Shown here: positions 41,201-52,378 of the stretch, piece by piece | How the letters are laid out: each line of letters starts with the position of its first letter | Position numbering within the stretch: position 1 is the first letter of the stretch | Source: Catajapyx aquilonaris | Lineage: Eukaryota | Length of the DNA stretch: 64,000 nucleotides | Direction: 5' to 3' | Assembly: GCA_000934665.2 (NCBI GenBank) | Contig: KZ537984.1 | Span: 62,001 to 126,000, forward strand | The notes under the pieces: model-generated | Databases searched by the model: none | Told to the model about the DNA's origin: nothing | What the model saw: only the letters and a program-made list of their open reading frames with translations | Position numbers and translations under genes: made by a program

Positions 41201-44200
41201 AAGAAAAAGGCCAACTAGGCATGAAAAGTCGCCAAAAGCCAGAATAGGCAAAATAGTTCCCAAAACCAGGAAATAGGCAATTTTAGGAACTATAAAACCT
41301 ACATTTTCCACATTTGCACTTATGAAACGGATAGATCTCTTCACAAAACCATCCCAACCGTTAAGGAACTAAATGGGCATTTGCCTAAAAATCCGGACTC
41401 TAGTTATTACAATCCTGTGCACCTCAGTCTAGTTTCTACCAGTATTTTGATGCTAATGCTGTCATATGTCTTTATTCACAGAATGAAGAGTGGTTCTGGA
41501 TCAAGTGGAAGAACTGGGCCAGCGATTATAATACATGGGAGCGAAAGGCAAACCTCACAGGGTGTTCACAAGCCATCAGGGAATATTTTGAGAGAGAAAG
41601 AAATGGACAGCCACAAAGTCAAAGATCTAAGTAAGACATGTTTTCTCATTAGTTAATCCTCTGAAAAGTTAGCCATTCATTTAGAATGTAAGTCTCATGG
41701 CAACTCTAAGAAGGCCTGATTGTAATGTTTTATTTACTCCCTTTTTCCATGAAATGTGCAGTACAATTCATTTTCAACCATTGAGCTTTTTACTGTTGTC
41801 TTAATTTTCCTTTCTCTCTCTCTCTTTTTTTGCTTAACCCTTAAAGGAAGCAAAAAGCAATATATGAACCAAGAAATATCAAGATACCAGGAGTAGGCGA
41901 TGAAGAACCTGTGAACCAGCTGTTGTCTGAGATTTACAATCCAACAGATTCAGTTCTACTGGCCATCAATGAAAAGTATTCTGATAAAAACAAGCTGCGC
42001 CTTTTGTCAGATAAAGATCTCAAAAAGAGCTTGCTGGAGGTGGCAAAAAAGAAGAGGAGGAAGAAGTCAGAATTGGACTTCTTGCAGGATCAGTTGTACA
42101 TGAAGGAATACCACAAACGAAGGAAGCAGCAATTGGAGAAGCTGAGGAAGTGGCAAACGGAGATAAATATTTTATCAGAAGAGTCTGCCGAGATAACTGT
42201 GGAAAACTTTTATGACCTGGAGGGACCGCCACAAAATTTTGTTTATGTCAATTCTAATGTGGTAAGTACAAAGAAGTTGTAATGCTTAGACCTGGTTTGT
42301 TGCAATGCAAATGACAGCTCTTGTGTACTGATGTGTCACGCCGTCCTTGCTGTTACCCTATGTTACACCACTACTGTTGCTAATTTTACTATCATAATTT
42401 TGAAATGAGGGATTTTGGGGTGTGAGTCATTTTTAAAATGATTTTGAATCAATTTTTTAAATTCCACAGCCAGGCTCAGGAATCGTCATCCCTAATGATC
42501 CAGTGGTAGGCTGCAACTGTGACACATGCGGAGAGGATGATTGTTGCCCAGCTGCGGCTGGGTATGCAAGGCCATACACCAAAGCTGGCTACCTTCAACT
42601 ACCTCAAGGGGAGCCGATTTATGAGTGCAACAGTAGGTGCAGTTGTGAACCAGATTGCTCCAACAGAGTTGTTCAGAAGGGAAGAAAGGTTAGTAATGTG
42701 CATTTGTTCTCATGAGTTCTTCTAGTCGATTAATGTGTCTAAATCACGTTTTCTCAACTTTTTTGACCGTCTCCTAAGTCCTTCGTACCAGCTTGAAGTT
42801 CTCAATTGAGAATATTTGGTATGCTGGTATCTTACAGTAATGTCATATTTATTACTAAGGTATGTCACAGCTTGTGAATCCATTACACTACGTTGCGTCA
42901 AGGGTTTGGTTTTTTGTTGTGAGTGCCATCTGGTGATGTTTTTAGTGTTCCAGAATGCTTCAGTTATTTCAATGAGATATAATATGAATTTGGTTTGTTT
43001 TTACTCCATCAGGTGAAGCTGTGCATATTCAGGACTCCCAATGGATGTGGTTGGGGAGTTAAAGCGAAAGAGCCCATCAAGAAAAACACCTTCGTTGCTG
43101 AGTATGTTGGGGAGCTGATCACTACAGAAGAGGCTGAAAGGAGAGGGGAAAGCTATGGTGAGGAAAATTTTGCGATCTGGAGGCGCTGTAAGTGGAAATT
43201 GTTTTTGTTTCTAGGCTACACTCTGCTGTATATAAACTGTAAATATACCTCTCTGTTTGGGCTTCATTATCTTCCAATTGGACAGGTAAAAAATATTGAG
43301 TTACTGTAAAGCTTATTTACAATCAAGTAGAATTTTGTTGAAATTTTTCCTGACTTCTGTTTACTTAGTGAAAAGAAAGTGTTAGGACTAGTGAATGGGG
43401 AAGACTTGATATTCTTGCAGAATGGGCTTTGATACAGAAATGTCCTTGGAAGGACTCTGTAATATTACTAGACTCTGTGCACGTACTCTGTCCCTTGCCA
43501 AGGGGTTAGGCATTATCTGGTTTCCAATGTACACGTTGTGTACAACGTGATATCAATCCAAACGTGAAGAAATTGGAATATGCATAGCCATGCTGGTACG
43601 CAAATGTATGCATAATAGGAGCATTAAGCTGTGTTTACATGTGAGCGATTTGATGAGCGAAATCGTCGCAGAGGCTGTAATTAACAATCGATTTTCACAT
43701 CAAACAATATTGGTTACTTGGGTTACTCAGCCTCGGCGAAGACTTCTCTCGTCAAATCGCTCACATGTAAACACACTTACTTAGAAGTGTACAGCTGTGA
43801 TCAGACATTGCTATCCTTGTGATGATTTTTTTCGCTTGTTTCCTATCCTTGTGAGGACCGAAAACCTTACGAGGACTTTTTTCAGGCCCTCATAAGGTAC
43901 ACAGTCCTCACAAGGATGGCGGAAAATCAAACCAAGACCTCCTTTTTACTGTGAAAAAATAGGTCACCAAAATATCGTGTGTTTTTTGTAGGTTAGGTTA
44001 GGTTAGTTTTAAATTTTTATTTTTGCCAGACCCTCACAAGGATAGCACATTATAATATGGGTGTACTGAAGTTTCAACCTTCAAGGTGTTGCTGCAAGAA
44101 TGAAACAGTTAAGATGAAATCCTGGGTGAACACCCTAGTGGATTTTGTGTGCAGTGCATGCTGTTTGAATGCCTAGTGTACACGATCATGAACTTGTATT

Positions 44201-45600
44201 GTGACCATGACAAGATTTCCACTGGCACAAATATTGACTGATTTTTGTAAAACTTGAGAGTGCTCACTGTTAGCCCCACGATCCAGATAGTTTGTAAAAT
44301 CTTGATTCATGCAGCCATATGCAGGTGGAGGGAGCATGGTTTTTACCATTACAGTATAATTATGCCACAAGGTACCAAATCAAATTGAAAATGCAGAGAT
44401 GTAGAGATTTTGGGCTTCATGTGTGACTTGCCTCTGTCGTACATCTCACAGATCATAAATCCAGTGGCAAGAATATTTTTCATGAATTAAGCATGCACAT
44501 TAAAGTCAGGTAAAATATCAAGCCAATGTTATGCAGATTTAAGTAAGCTTTTCAGTAACATGAGATGAATTTTGGGACTGTACTGTTAGAAGATAGTGAA
44601 GGCATTACTAGGAGGTCTATGTTCAGTTTATGGATACTAGTCCAGGTTTGTCCACGTGGATTTTGTCCCCTCTTTGGTGGTAGGCGAAATGCTTGAGCCT
44701 GGCATTGCTTTCTAGAAATGCACTTACCCAAATATTGGACAGATTAGTGTGGACTCTGGATTCTTATAGTTATCTAATTGTAACTAATTTTAATAAGTTT
44801 AATATGTATCTTTTTTTTTTGCCTTTATTACCTTACAAACCCAATCATGTCATGGAAAGGTTATTTTATCTGTGTAATGATTTTGTAGATTTTAAAATCC
44901 TGGACTTGAATATATTTTTACAGTAGACTCTCCGCATCCACAGCGGATTGGTTCAGGGACCTTCTGTAGATATCAAATTCCATGAATGCTCGAGTATGAG
45001 ACTTGTATGTGCATAATAATCTGTGCACATGCTCCCATTTACTCAAATCATCTCTGGATTACTAATTGTACCCAAATAATTTTGATCCTCGCTGGTTGAA
45101 TCTGCAGAGCCCAGCATGACATGGCAACTCATCTTCTTTGTGAGGGTGTTATGCTCTGAGTTATTTCCTTTTGAGTTTGGGTGGGTGAGAGAATTGTATT
45201 CAGATAAACCAGTGTGTGGGCTCTCTGGGAAAATCTTTTAACAAACTGTTGTGAAGAAGCCTTGCACTGATGCATTATACAAGGTGGTCCAATAGTGCTT
45301 TGCAATATTTTGGGACTCACTGTCAGCAGCTTATTGTGCAGTTACCTTTAGTGGTTATTGGGCGACACGGTGGCGGAGTGGTTAGCGCCACAGCCTTCCA
45401 CCTCTAAGGTCCCGAGTTCGATCCCCGGGTCGCGCAGAGGATACTTAGAGTTTCGATGGGTTCTCTCCGTGTTCGCGTGGGTTTTCTCGGGGTTCTCCCG
45501 TTTCCTCCCGCAATCAAAATCCATCACACGCAGGCAATAATTAAAGTCGGTTCACGAAAAGATGATCCCCTAAGAGGCCCAAGGCCTATCACGGGGTATC

Positions 45601-45651
<51 letters not shown>

Positions 45652-48600
45652 CATCATTATTATTATTATTATTATTACCTTTAGTGGTTATCAAAAGTAT
45701 TAGTTGCTCATATGAGGCTGAATTGAATAATCTGACCAAGCTGTGAATTTCAATTCATTTCTAATTAGCGGTAGCCCTTATGGGTATCGAATGCCATTGA
45801 TAGAATCAATTTTTGCAGGCCAGACGCAGCTGTACAACTTGATAACTACCAAAAGTGACAATGCCACAGTCACTTCATAAAAATTACAAACCAGTGATGA
45901 CATTTTTTTTGGAACACCCTGCATATTTATTATCCATAATGAAGGCCAAATGGGAGGTTTATATTAAATTTATAGATAGTAGATTGGTAGCTTGGTACAT
46001 GCAGCCTCTTTAAGTGTCTTGCTTTAACACACTTCTTTTTTATAAAACTGTGTGAAGGAGAATGTTACAGGGTTGGGAGGTCACCATAAAGTATGCCATG
46101 ATGATGTCTTAGGAAACTTGATGCCACATTCTAAGCTCTAAGGTGAACTGGGAGTGAGGTGTCTCGCTAGCATTGTATGAGTGGGCATGACATTGAGCTA
46201 AAAGGTAGCTAAGAGCTCAAATCATTGCGACATACTTGACTGATGACTCCATGGGCGAAATGGTGGCATTTACATGTTTTCACATTTATGATGAGTGAGA
46301 GGAAATAATTGTATTCCTTGATAAAAAGGTCATTGTCACTAATTCTTTATTGCTCTTTATTTTGCACTTCATCTTCATATTTTCTTGCACACTGTCTTGC
46401 GTTGTTATTGCTTGCAATATCTTGAGTCCAGTTTATGAATGCTTTTTGCAGTTTTCAGGCTGAGTGTGATAAGAATGAAACTGCATGCAGGTTATGGATA
46501 GAATGTGTAGCAGAATATACCCAGGGGACTGTAGGACAATATTTGTCACTGTTATATTTTCTGCCCTTCTACTGTTTTGGAGGGAAACTTGCCGAAGCTG
46601 TTCAATTACAGATTGTTCATTGCTTGTGTCACATGTTTTAACCCATATGGTAGTAAGAGATTTTTTTTCGTATTTATCACTTGCTGCAATGATTGACCTT
46701 CTGTAGATTGATGATAATGGTTCTGTTCTTAAACTGCATATTAGTCTTTCAGTACCAGTGATACTTAACAGAAACAATTTATATTTAAGTATAAGCATAT
46801 GAGTAGGCAGACACTTTTTCAAGTGAAAATGTAGCGGGTTTAAAATTTTCAATACTTGTTACATGACTTGAGCACTGGAATCCCAATAACCTTACAGTGC
46901 ACCTTGGATTGCAAATTTTAGTCTTTGTAACTCAGCCCCACTGTTCCAAAAGCGAGTACGGTACCTGCATATTTGCAAATTTCACAGGGGTAAGCTAGTT
47001 CTGTATCAAGTAAGTTCACAAAGTAGGGTAGACGCTGGGCCTTACTGACGTAAACTATCCTCCTTCCACTGACATCAGAGGTGCTGGAATTTTTTATGCG
47101 TACAGTTCTTCCGAGTACACATGATATCTCAATTTTCTGCCAAATGTCAGATTCTGGGTTTTGGAATGGCACAGCTAAACTCGCATGCTAGTGAAGAAAA
47201 TAGTTGAAAGTCAAGGCTGGGTTAATTCATAATTATCTATATAAATAAAGCCGTTTGTGACTCTGTCGTCTCTGTCTGTCTGTCCGCCTGCCAAGCGGCA
47301 TTTGCCTCCATCTGTGGTCCGGGTCGGAGAGACGGGAGGGGTTGCAGCTGGGGATTGTGGCCAGATGGCGGGAGGGTGCGCCGGAGAGATGCTATTGTTC
47401 TCCGGCGGCTTAATGAGGGGCAGATGGACAAGGTGGCACGTGCAAAAGTCTGCTTTTTGCCAAGTCCAAAACGGCTGGGAAAGCTCTCATGGCGGCTCTC
47501 TGTGCGTGAAAATTTTGACGGGGCTACTGGCAGGTGTTTTCCCTTCATTCATTTCTTCCCGGGCAACGCCGGGTGCCGCATCTAGTAAAATATAAACTAG
47601 GAGCAAACAAATCTTCTCTGCATTCTTTCTTTTGTAGGTTTCTTTGTGCACGAAATTTTTAAAAGAGTGCTTGGTCACTTATGAGTCAAGGTGACATAAC
47701 TCTGAAAATCAGTATATTAAACGTGTGAAACTTGGCAGAAAATAATGGGTCATCCAAGACAAGTGTTGATCAAGAAAGTAATATAACCTGATGGCAAGTT
47801 TGACTGACAAGCATGAAAGCTGCATCATGTGGACTAGCCATGTTGCTTTGTTTTATCAGCAGTAACTCTGTATTTAGTTTTATTCATTTATTTATTGTTT
47901 AACAATAGAAGTAGCTGTTCCAGCACTTTCAGGACTCTCAACAAACTGAGGAATCAGGATACTTGCTGCATTGGAAGTCAGTGGGTATTGAACTGGGCTG
48001 CTTTGACTAGAGGAAGAAGTGTTTTTTTATTTATTATTTTTTGAATGTCTAGACATTTTTGTGTTTCTGTTCGAGCCAATATACTTGTCCCATTGCTATG
48101 GGTATTTGTGTGGACTAAACTACTTATTAGAGCAGTTACTTTTGCAAAGATACTTCGTGCCTATCAAAAATGTTACCTGCTGAAATGATGCCAAAATGAC
48201 TCATCCATTTAAGCTCTGATGTCTGACTTGCAAAGAATTTCTGATAAAGAATAGTCCATTGGAACAATTGACATCACAATCCAATGAGAGAATCCACTTT
48301 GTGCATGCTTAAAAAACAGTTGATATGTACATGCAATGTAATATTAGCAGCTATTACATTTTATAGCTATTGAAAGTAACCATTCAAATGTAACTGCTAA
48401 AAATAAGCAGCCTAGTTTCAGAATATAGATGTGGAAATCAGACAAGTGTTTTGGATCACCTTGTGAAACTCGTCTGGGTTTTTATCGGGGCTTGAACATT
48501 ATTGTAATTTGTTACGAAATGGACAATGAGGTAATGTTAGAGCAAGAGTTTATTTTCTTCTCCCAAACATATGAGACAGATTATAATCAGATGATTATTA

Positions 48601-50744
48601 TCAATCTCCTGTTGTATCAAGAATTATGAAGATCGTAGTGCAGAATAAAGAGCATGAGTTACGTGAATAATGTCAATAATGAGGGTGGAGGCTATTAATT
48701 TTTGTTGTATTTTGTAATTTCATTTATTGTTGGGCACTGGAAATGTTGTAAGGATCTGTTCAAGGATCAGTATGTTGTGCTGCAATTTATGATAATTTCT
48801 AGTAGAAGTTACAGTAATATTGGAGTAAAAAGTGAAACTCAGCTTTTTCTTGCTTGTTTTCTTTTTCAGCTGTGAAAATTGGGTTTGAAAATTGCAGATT
48901 TTTGAATTTTGTTGGCTTTGAAAAGACCTTTGAGTCACCAGGAATCTTAAAATGTGTTAATTTTAATGGCAATGGTAAATGGTGTCCAACTTTTTGAGCC
49001 ATATGCTGCACATTAAAACTGATATGTAATCAAATTTAGCAATTATTTGTTGCGTGATGTGGAAATGCTGCAAGCAGCTTTGTGAAGCTTTGTTATAGCT
49101 ATGTGCAAGCATCAATTTATTGCGTATCAATTTTAGTGAACAATATGTGATTTGAAAAATTGGGCTTCATTTATATGGCCATTACAAGTAAAATTGAAAT
49201 TCAGTAGAGTTTCTTTGTGGCCATAAAAATTGAAGATCTGATCTATTCCAACACAATTTTTACGACTCAAACAGGTATGGAAAAACTGAGCTTTACTTTT
49301 TAGTGTAATATTATTAGGAGTAGCTTTGATTTGTCCTAAAATATGGAAAAATCAATGTTTGGACCTGTAGCCTAAGTGTATTTAATTTGTAATCTGCACC
49401 TCAGAGAGATTCCTTAAAATTCACTCACAAAATGGGAAGTATATGGAATCATGGAGCACTGTGTTATTGTCATGGCAAGGAAGTCGTGAGGGGAGAAATT
49501 TTTCTAATAGTATGAATATCCTCCTACCTTTATAATTTTGAGAGTTACAATTGCATACATGAGCCAATGCATGTTGAATGGTATGTTATTGTTAGTGAAA
49601 TAGATGTGATATTGTATGAGTTATATGTGAAAATACTGGATTGATGGGTCATGTACTAAAATGTACTTTTCATGTCTTTTTGTGACTTTCCACAGATGCA
49701 GAGGGTCGGACATACTTGTTTGATCTGGATTTCAACCTCCAAGGTGATGAGTGTCCTTATACTGTAGATGCAGCTGTCTTTGGAAATGTGTCGCATTTTA
49801 TAAATCACTCGGTAAGTGGAATTATTCTAAGCATGATGCTTAGGCATTTCTTAAGTAATGGGAAACCAAGAACAGAGAGCAAGAAAAAAAAGTGCACAAA
49901 TGCCAATATGTTTTAATATTCAAGAATTCTGCGTCAGCTGTGGAGCACAAAATAAAATACTGAACAGTGAACACCTATGCAAGCCAATAAATATGTTATC
50001 TTAATTATATTAATGTGCCGATTCGTGCCCATCTCTGTTCTACCAATATCTCCCATATATGAAACTCTGGAGAATGGTTACCGATTCATATTAAGCTACA
50101 TTTTGAATTATATTAGAACGAGTTTTCACTCCACAAGTATTGGCATTAGAATGTTTAATTTACTCTCCAGTTGTTTGTGACTCATATGTACGTTGTGACT
50201 TATTTTCTAGTGTGATCCCAACCTTGCTGTATTCCCTGTCTGGATCAACTGTATGGAGCCAAACATGCCCCAACTGGCATTGTTTGCAACCCGCAATATT
50301 AAGCGAGGGGAAGAGATCACCTTCAATTACATGATCAAGTCAAGGAGAGATGGTAAGTTGAAGTGCCAATGCAAGCCCAACCCAGGCATCTTGAGATAGC
50401 AGCAGCCTACATCTCCCTGTGATTTTAAGTAGTGATAGAAAGTACCCATAATGCATGCCAGTTATCAGGTTAAAATAGCCAGAGTTTTTTTTTCCCCCCC
50501 TGTGCTTTTTGGCAACAACAACATGCTGTGGTGGATCATCGGAATTGAAAGGATAGCTGTCTTCATATCATAATCATAAGATAATAATGTGCAATGCATT
50601 ATATTTATATCACATTCATTTATTACAGAGGATTCTCAGTCCAATTATTTGACGTCACCATCGAAGACAGGTTCTGGTGATAAGGCAAAGGGAAGGATCG
50701 AGTGCAAGTGTGGTGCGTCTAATTGCCAGAAGTACTTGTTTTAA
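35246..50744 (+). CDS. Su(var)3-9: Histone H3K9 methyltransferase Su(var)3-9 / SUV39H (chromo, pre-SET, SET, post-SET)
   Basis: Exons 35246-35366 (tentative), 40141-40586, 41482-41630, 41847-42261, 42470-42688, 43013-43157, 49696-49811, 50211-50352 and 50629-50744, phases consistent. Chromodomain YEVECIL..IKWKNW..NTWE; pre-[59 protein letters not shown]; post-[16 protein letters not shown]. Confidence 0.95.
35894..37229. mobile_element. Two decayed mariner 5' fragments joined in inverted orientation
   Basis: Both encode a mariner transposase N-terminal HTH region ([51 protein letters not shown]). Plus copy at 35894-36126 and 36705-36803; minus copy at 37229-36784 with a TA-flanked TIR-like end. 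No DD34D catalytic part seen. Confidence 0.85.
36127..36704 (-). mobile_element. Helitron-like insertion interrupting the plus-strand mariner fragment
   Basis: Splits the mariner sequence GGAGGA^TGCTTC between A and T. The minus strand starts TC and ends in the hairpin CTCGCAAAGCGAG (CGAG rather than CTAG). Shares about 110 bp with the Helitron at 47.2-47.6 kb. Confidence 0.5.
37303..37371 (+). mobile_element. 3' end of a Tigger/MER2-like DNA transposon relic
   Basis: TTTTCGATCTGTGGTTGGTTGAATCCACAGG...GTCGACTG|TA. The end is the reverse complement of the terminus at 44919 (TACAGT[A/C]GACTC). Confidence 0.65.
38507..39119. repeat. Long inverted repeat (foldback/MITE-like), arms about 160 bp
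   Basis: 38507-38669 and 38961-39119 are near-perfect reverse complements (e.g. CTATTCTTCCTCTGGGTGAGATCAAAAGTAAGAAACAAGTCAATT). Spacer about 290 bp. Confidence 0.9.
43625..43779. mobile_element. MITE (Tourist/Harbinger-like)
   Basis: TIRs TGTGTTTACATGTGAGCGATTTGA / TCAAATCGCTCACATGTAAACACA with TAA/TTA flanks. Related decayed copies at about 53065-53140 and 53215-53317. Confidence 0.75.
43809..44047. mobile_element. MITE with internal (TTAGG)n
   Basis: 14-bp TIR TGCTATCCTTGTGA / TCACAAGGATAGCA, internal repeats of the same motif and a GGTTAGGTTAGGTTAG run. Confidence 0.65.
44919..45129 (+). mobile_element. Tigger/MER2-like MITE relic
   Basis: TA|CAGTAGACTC start, then GGATTGGTTCAGGGACC, AAATCATCTCTGGATTACT and GGTTGAATC blocks, which match my recollection of the MER2 consensus. 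The right TIR is decayed. Confidence 0.65.
45359..45674 (+). mobile_element. tRNA-derived SINE with V-like central domain and (ATT)n tail
   Basis: A-box TGGCGGAGTGG, B-box GTTCGATCCC, central GTTCTCTCCGTGTTCGCGTGGGTTTTCTCGGGGTTCTCCCGTTTCCTCCC, (ATT)n at about 45602-45674. 17-bp TSD TTACCTTTAGTGGTTAT at 45342-45358 and 45675-45691. Confidence 0.9.
47236..47585 (+). mobile_element. Non-autonomous Helitron
   Basis: Inserted between A (47235) and T (47586) with no TSD. 5' TCTATATAAATAAA, (CTGT)n microsatellite, subterminal hairpin CCCGGGCAACGCCGGG, 3' CTAG. Confidence 0.9.
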
Positions 50745-52378
50745 GTGGGAGAAGTATGAAAGTTCAAAGACATTATGTGAAAAAAGTGCTTGTGTGTGTG
50801 TAAAGGATGGTTTGTTTTTGTTTTTTTTTCCTTATTTTCTGATCCCTGGAAGTCATGTGTTTCCAAAGTTTCTTGTTGTTTTAGCACTGACTTGTTCTCA
50901 ATGTGCCTAATTTATGGCCTAGCTAATATAATTTCTGTGTTGCAGGTCTTTTTACTTATGAAATTTGTTAGCTTCAAATGCGCAGGTTGTCAAGGGAAAT
51001 CTACATTGCCTAAAGAGTGAATGCAAGGAAGAACATTACTTTACATTTACAGTGTTCTATAATGTATTGTGACATTATAGGCTGCGCCTTTTTGCCACTC
51101 AGTTATTCCAATATTTGGTTCATTGATCATCATACATCCTTTATGGACATCTCCCTTGCACTGATACGTGTGTTCCATTGGATGGAAGTTTTTTTTTTTT
51201 ACAAGGACGAATAACCTGTTTTGTGTGTTTGGTTTTTATTTCCGTAACGTGTTGGCAGATTACTGTCATTTTGCAGTTTTGTGCATTTCAGTGATTAATT
51301 ATTGTCATAATTATGGAAGGTTGAAAAAACCCTTTGTTTTATGGAACCAAACTGCCATCTCATGTTGTATTGTTTTTTTTTTTTTTTGAAAGCCAATGTT
51401 TATCAGTAATTTTGTGCCTTTTTTTAAAAATATGTCGACAAAGTTGAGGTACTTTTACTTCATGGGGAGGGGGACGTACATTTCATTTGGCTGTAGCACC
51501 TAATTCACCCATTATCAATGACCCAAGTTACCTAATTCATTATGGGATTTCCTGATCATTTAGTTGCAAAACAAAAAGTACCCCAACTTCAATGTAAAAA
51601 GTCATAAGAAATTATGCCTTGAAAAGACCATGATTTAGTCGTATTGTTAAATTGAAATAATCATTCTTTCGACACCAAAACATGAAAATAAAGAAGCACA
51701 CCTTAAAGTGTATTTTGAACCAATAAAAAAAAGTGTTTTTAATATCCTCCTTGGATAGCCAAACTGGAAGCTCTCTTCAGCCCTTTCAGTTGTCATGTCA
51801 GCACCGACGCAACACCCAATTATGACTGGCTACAATATTATTGGACCATGTAATCGGAACACAAGTGACTTGTTGCGCTGAGCCTCTGTGTACGCTAAAT
51901 GAAGCATCGCAATGACTATATACAAGGTGTCACGAATCAGATGCCAGTGACCAGCGAGGACCCTCTGAGCACCCCTGTGAAATAAGCTGGTTTTCTGAGG
52001 TCACGTTGATCCCTCTGCAGGTCACACTGATTGTCGCACCTGGCTATTTTTGAAGCAAGTTTTTCTGGTTGGATTTTTTTTTTTTTTTTTTTNCCCCCCC
52101 CCCTTTTTTTCCAAAAAAAAACAAAATCGACCAATGAGAACAAAGGCTGCCTGTACTGCATCAAACATGTCTTCCATTTTCTCCCTTGGTTGATCCCCAC
52201 CCAAACCGTGAGTCATAAGAGGATCAGTGTTCCTGGGCCGACTGAATGGCGAAAGAAGGTCCCTCCGTCGCACCTTCCATGTAAAGGAAGCCTCTTCCGG
52301 AGGGTCTCTCCTGCTCCGGACGGGAACCTACGGGGGACAGCCACACCCTCTCGGAGGCACACATCCAGGCCAGGAACA

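Noticed and set aside
45456..45746. Poly-Leu and poly-Asn ORFs
   Set aside because: Translations of the (ATT)n SINE tail.
52075..52120. T/C/A homopolymer cluster containing an N
   Set aside because: Low-quality assembly join; the ORFs spanning it are not credible.
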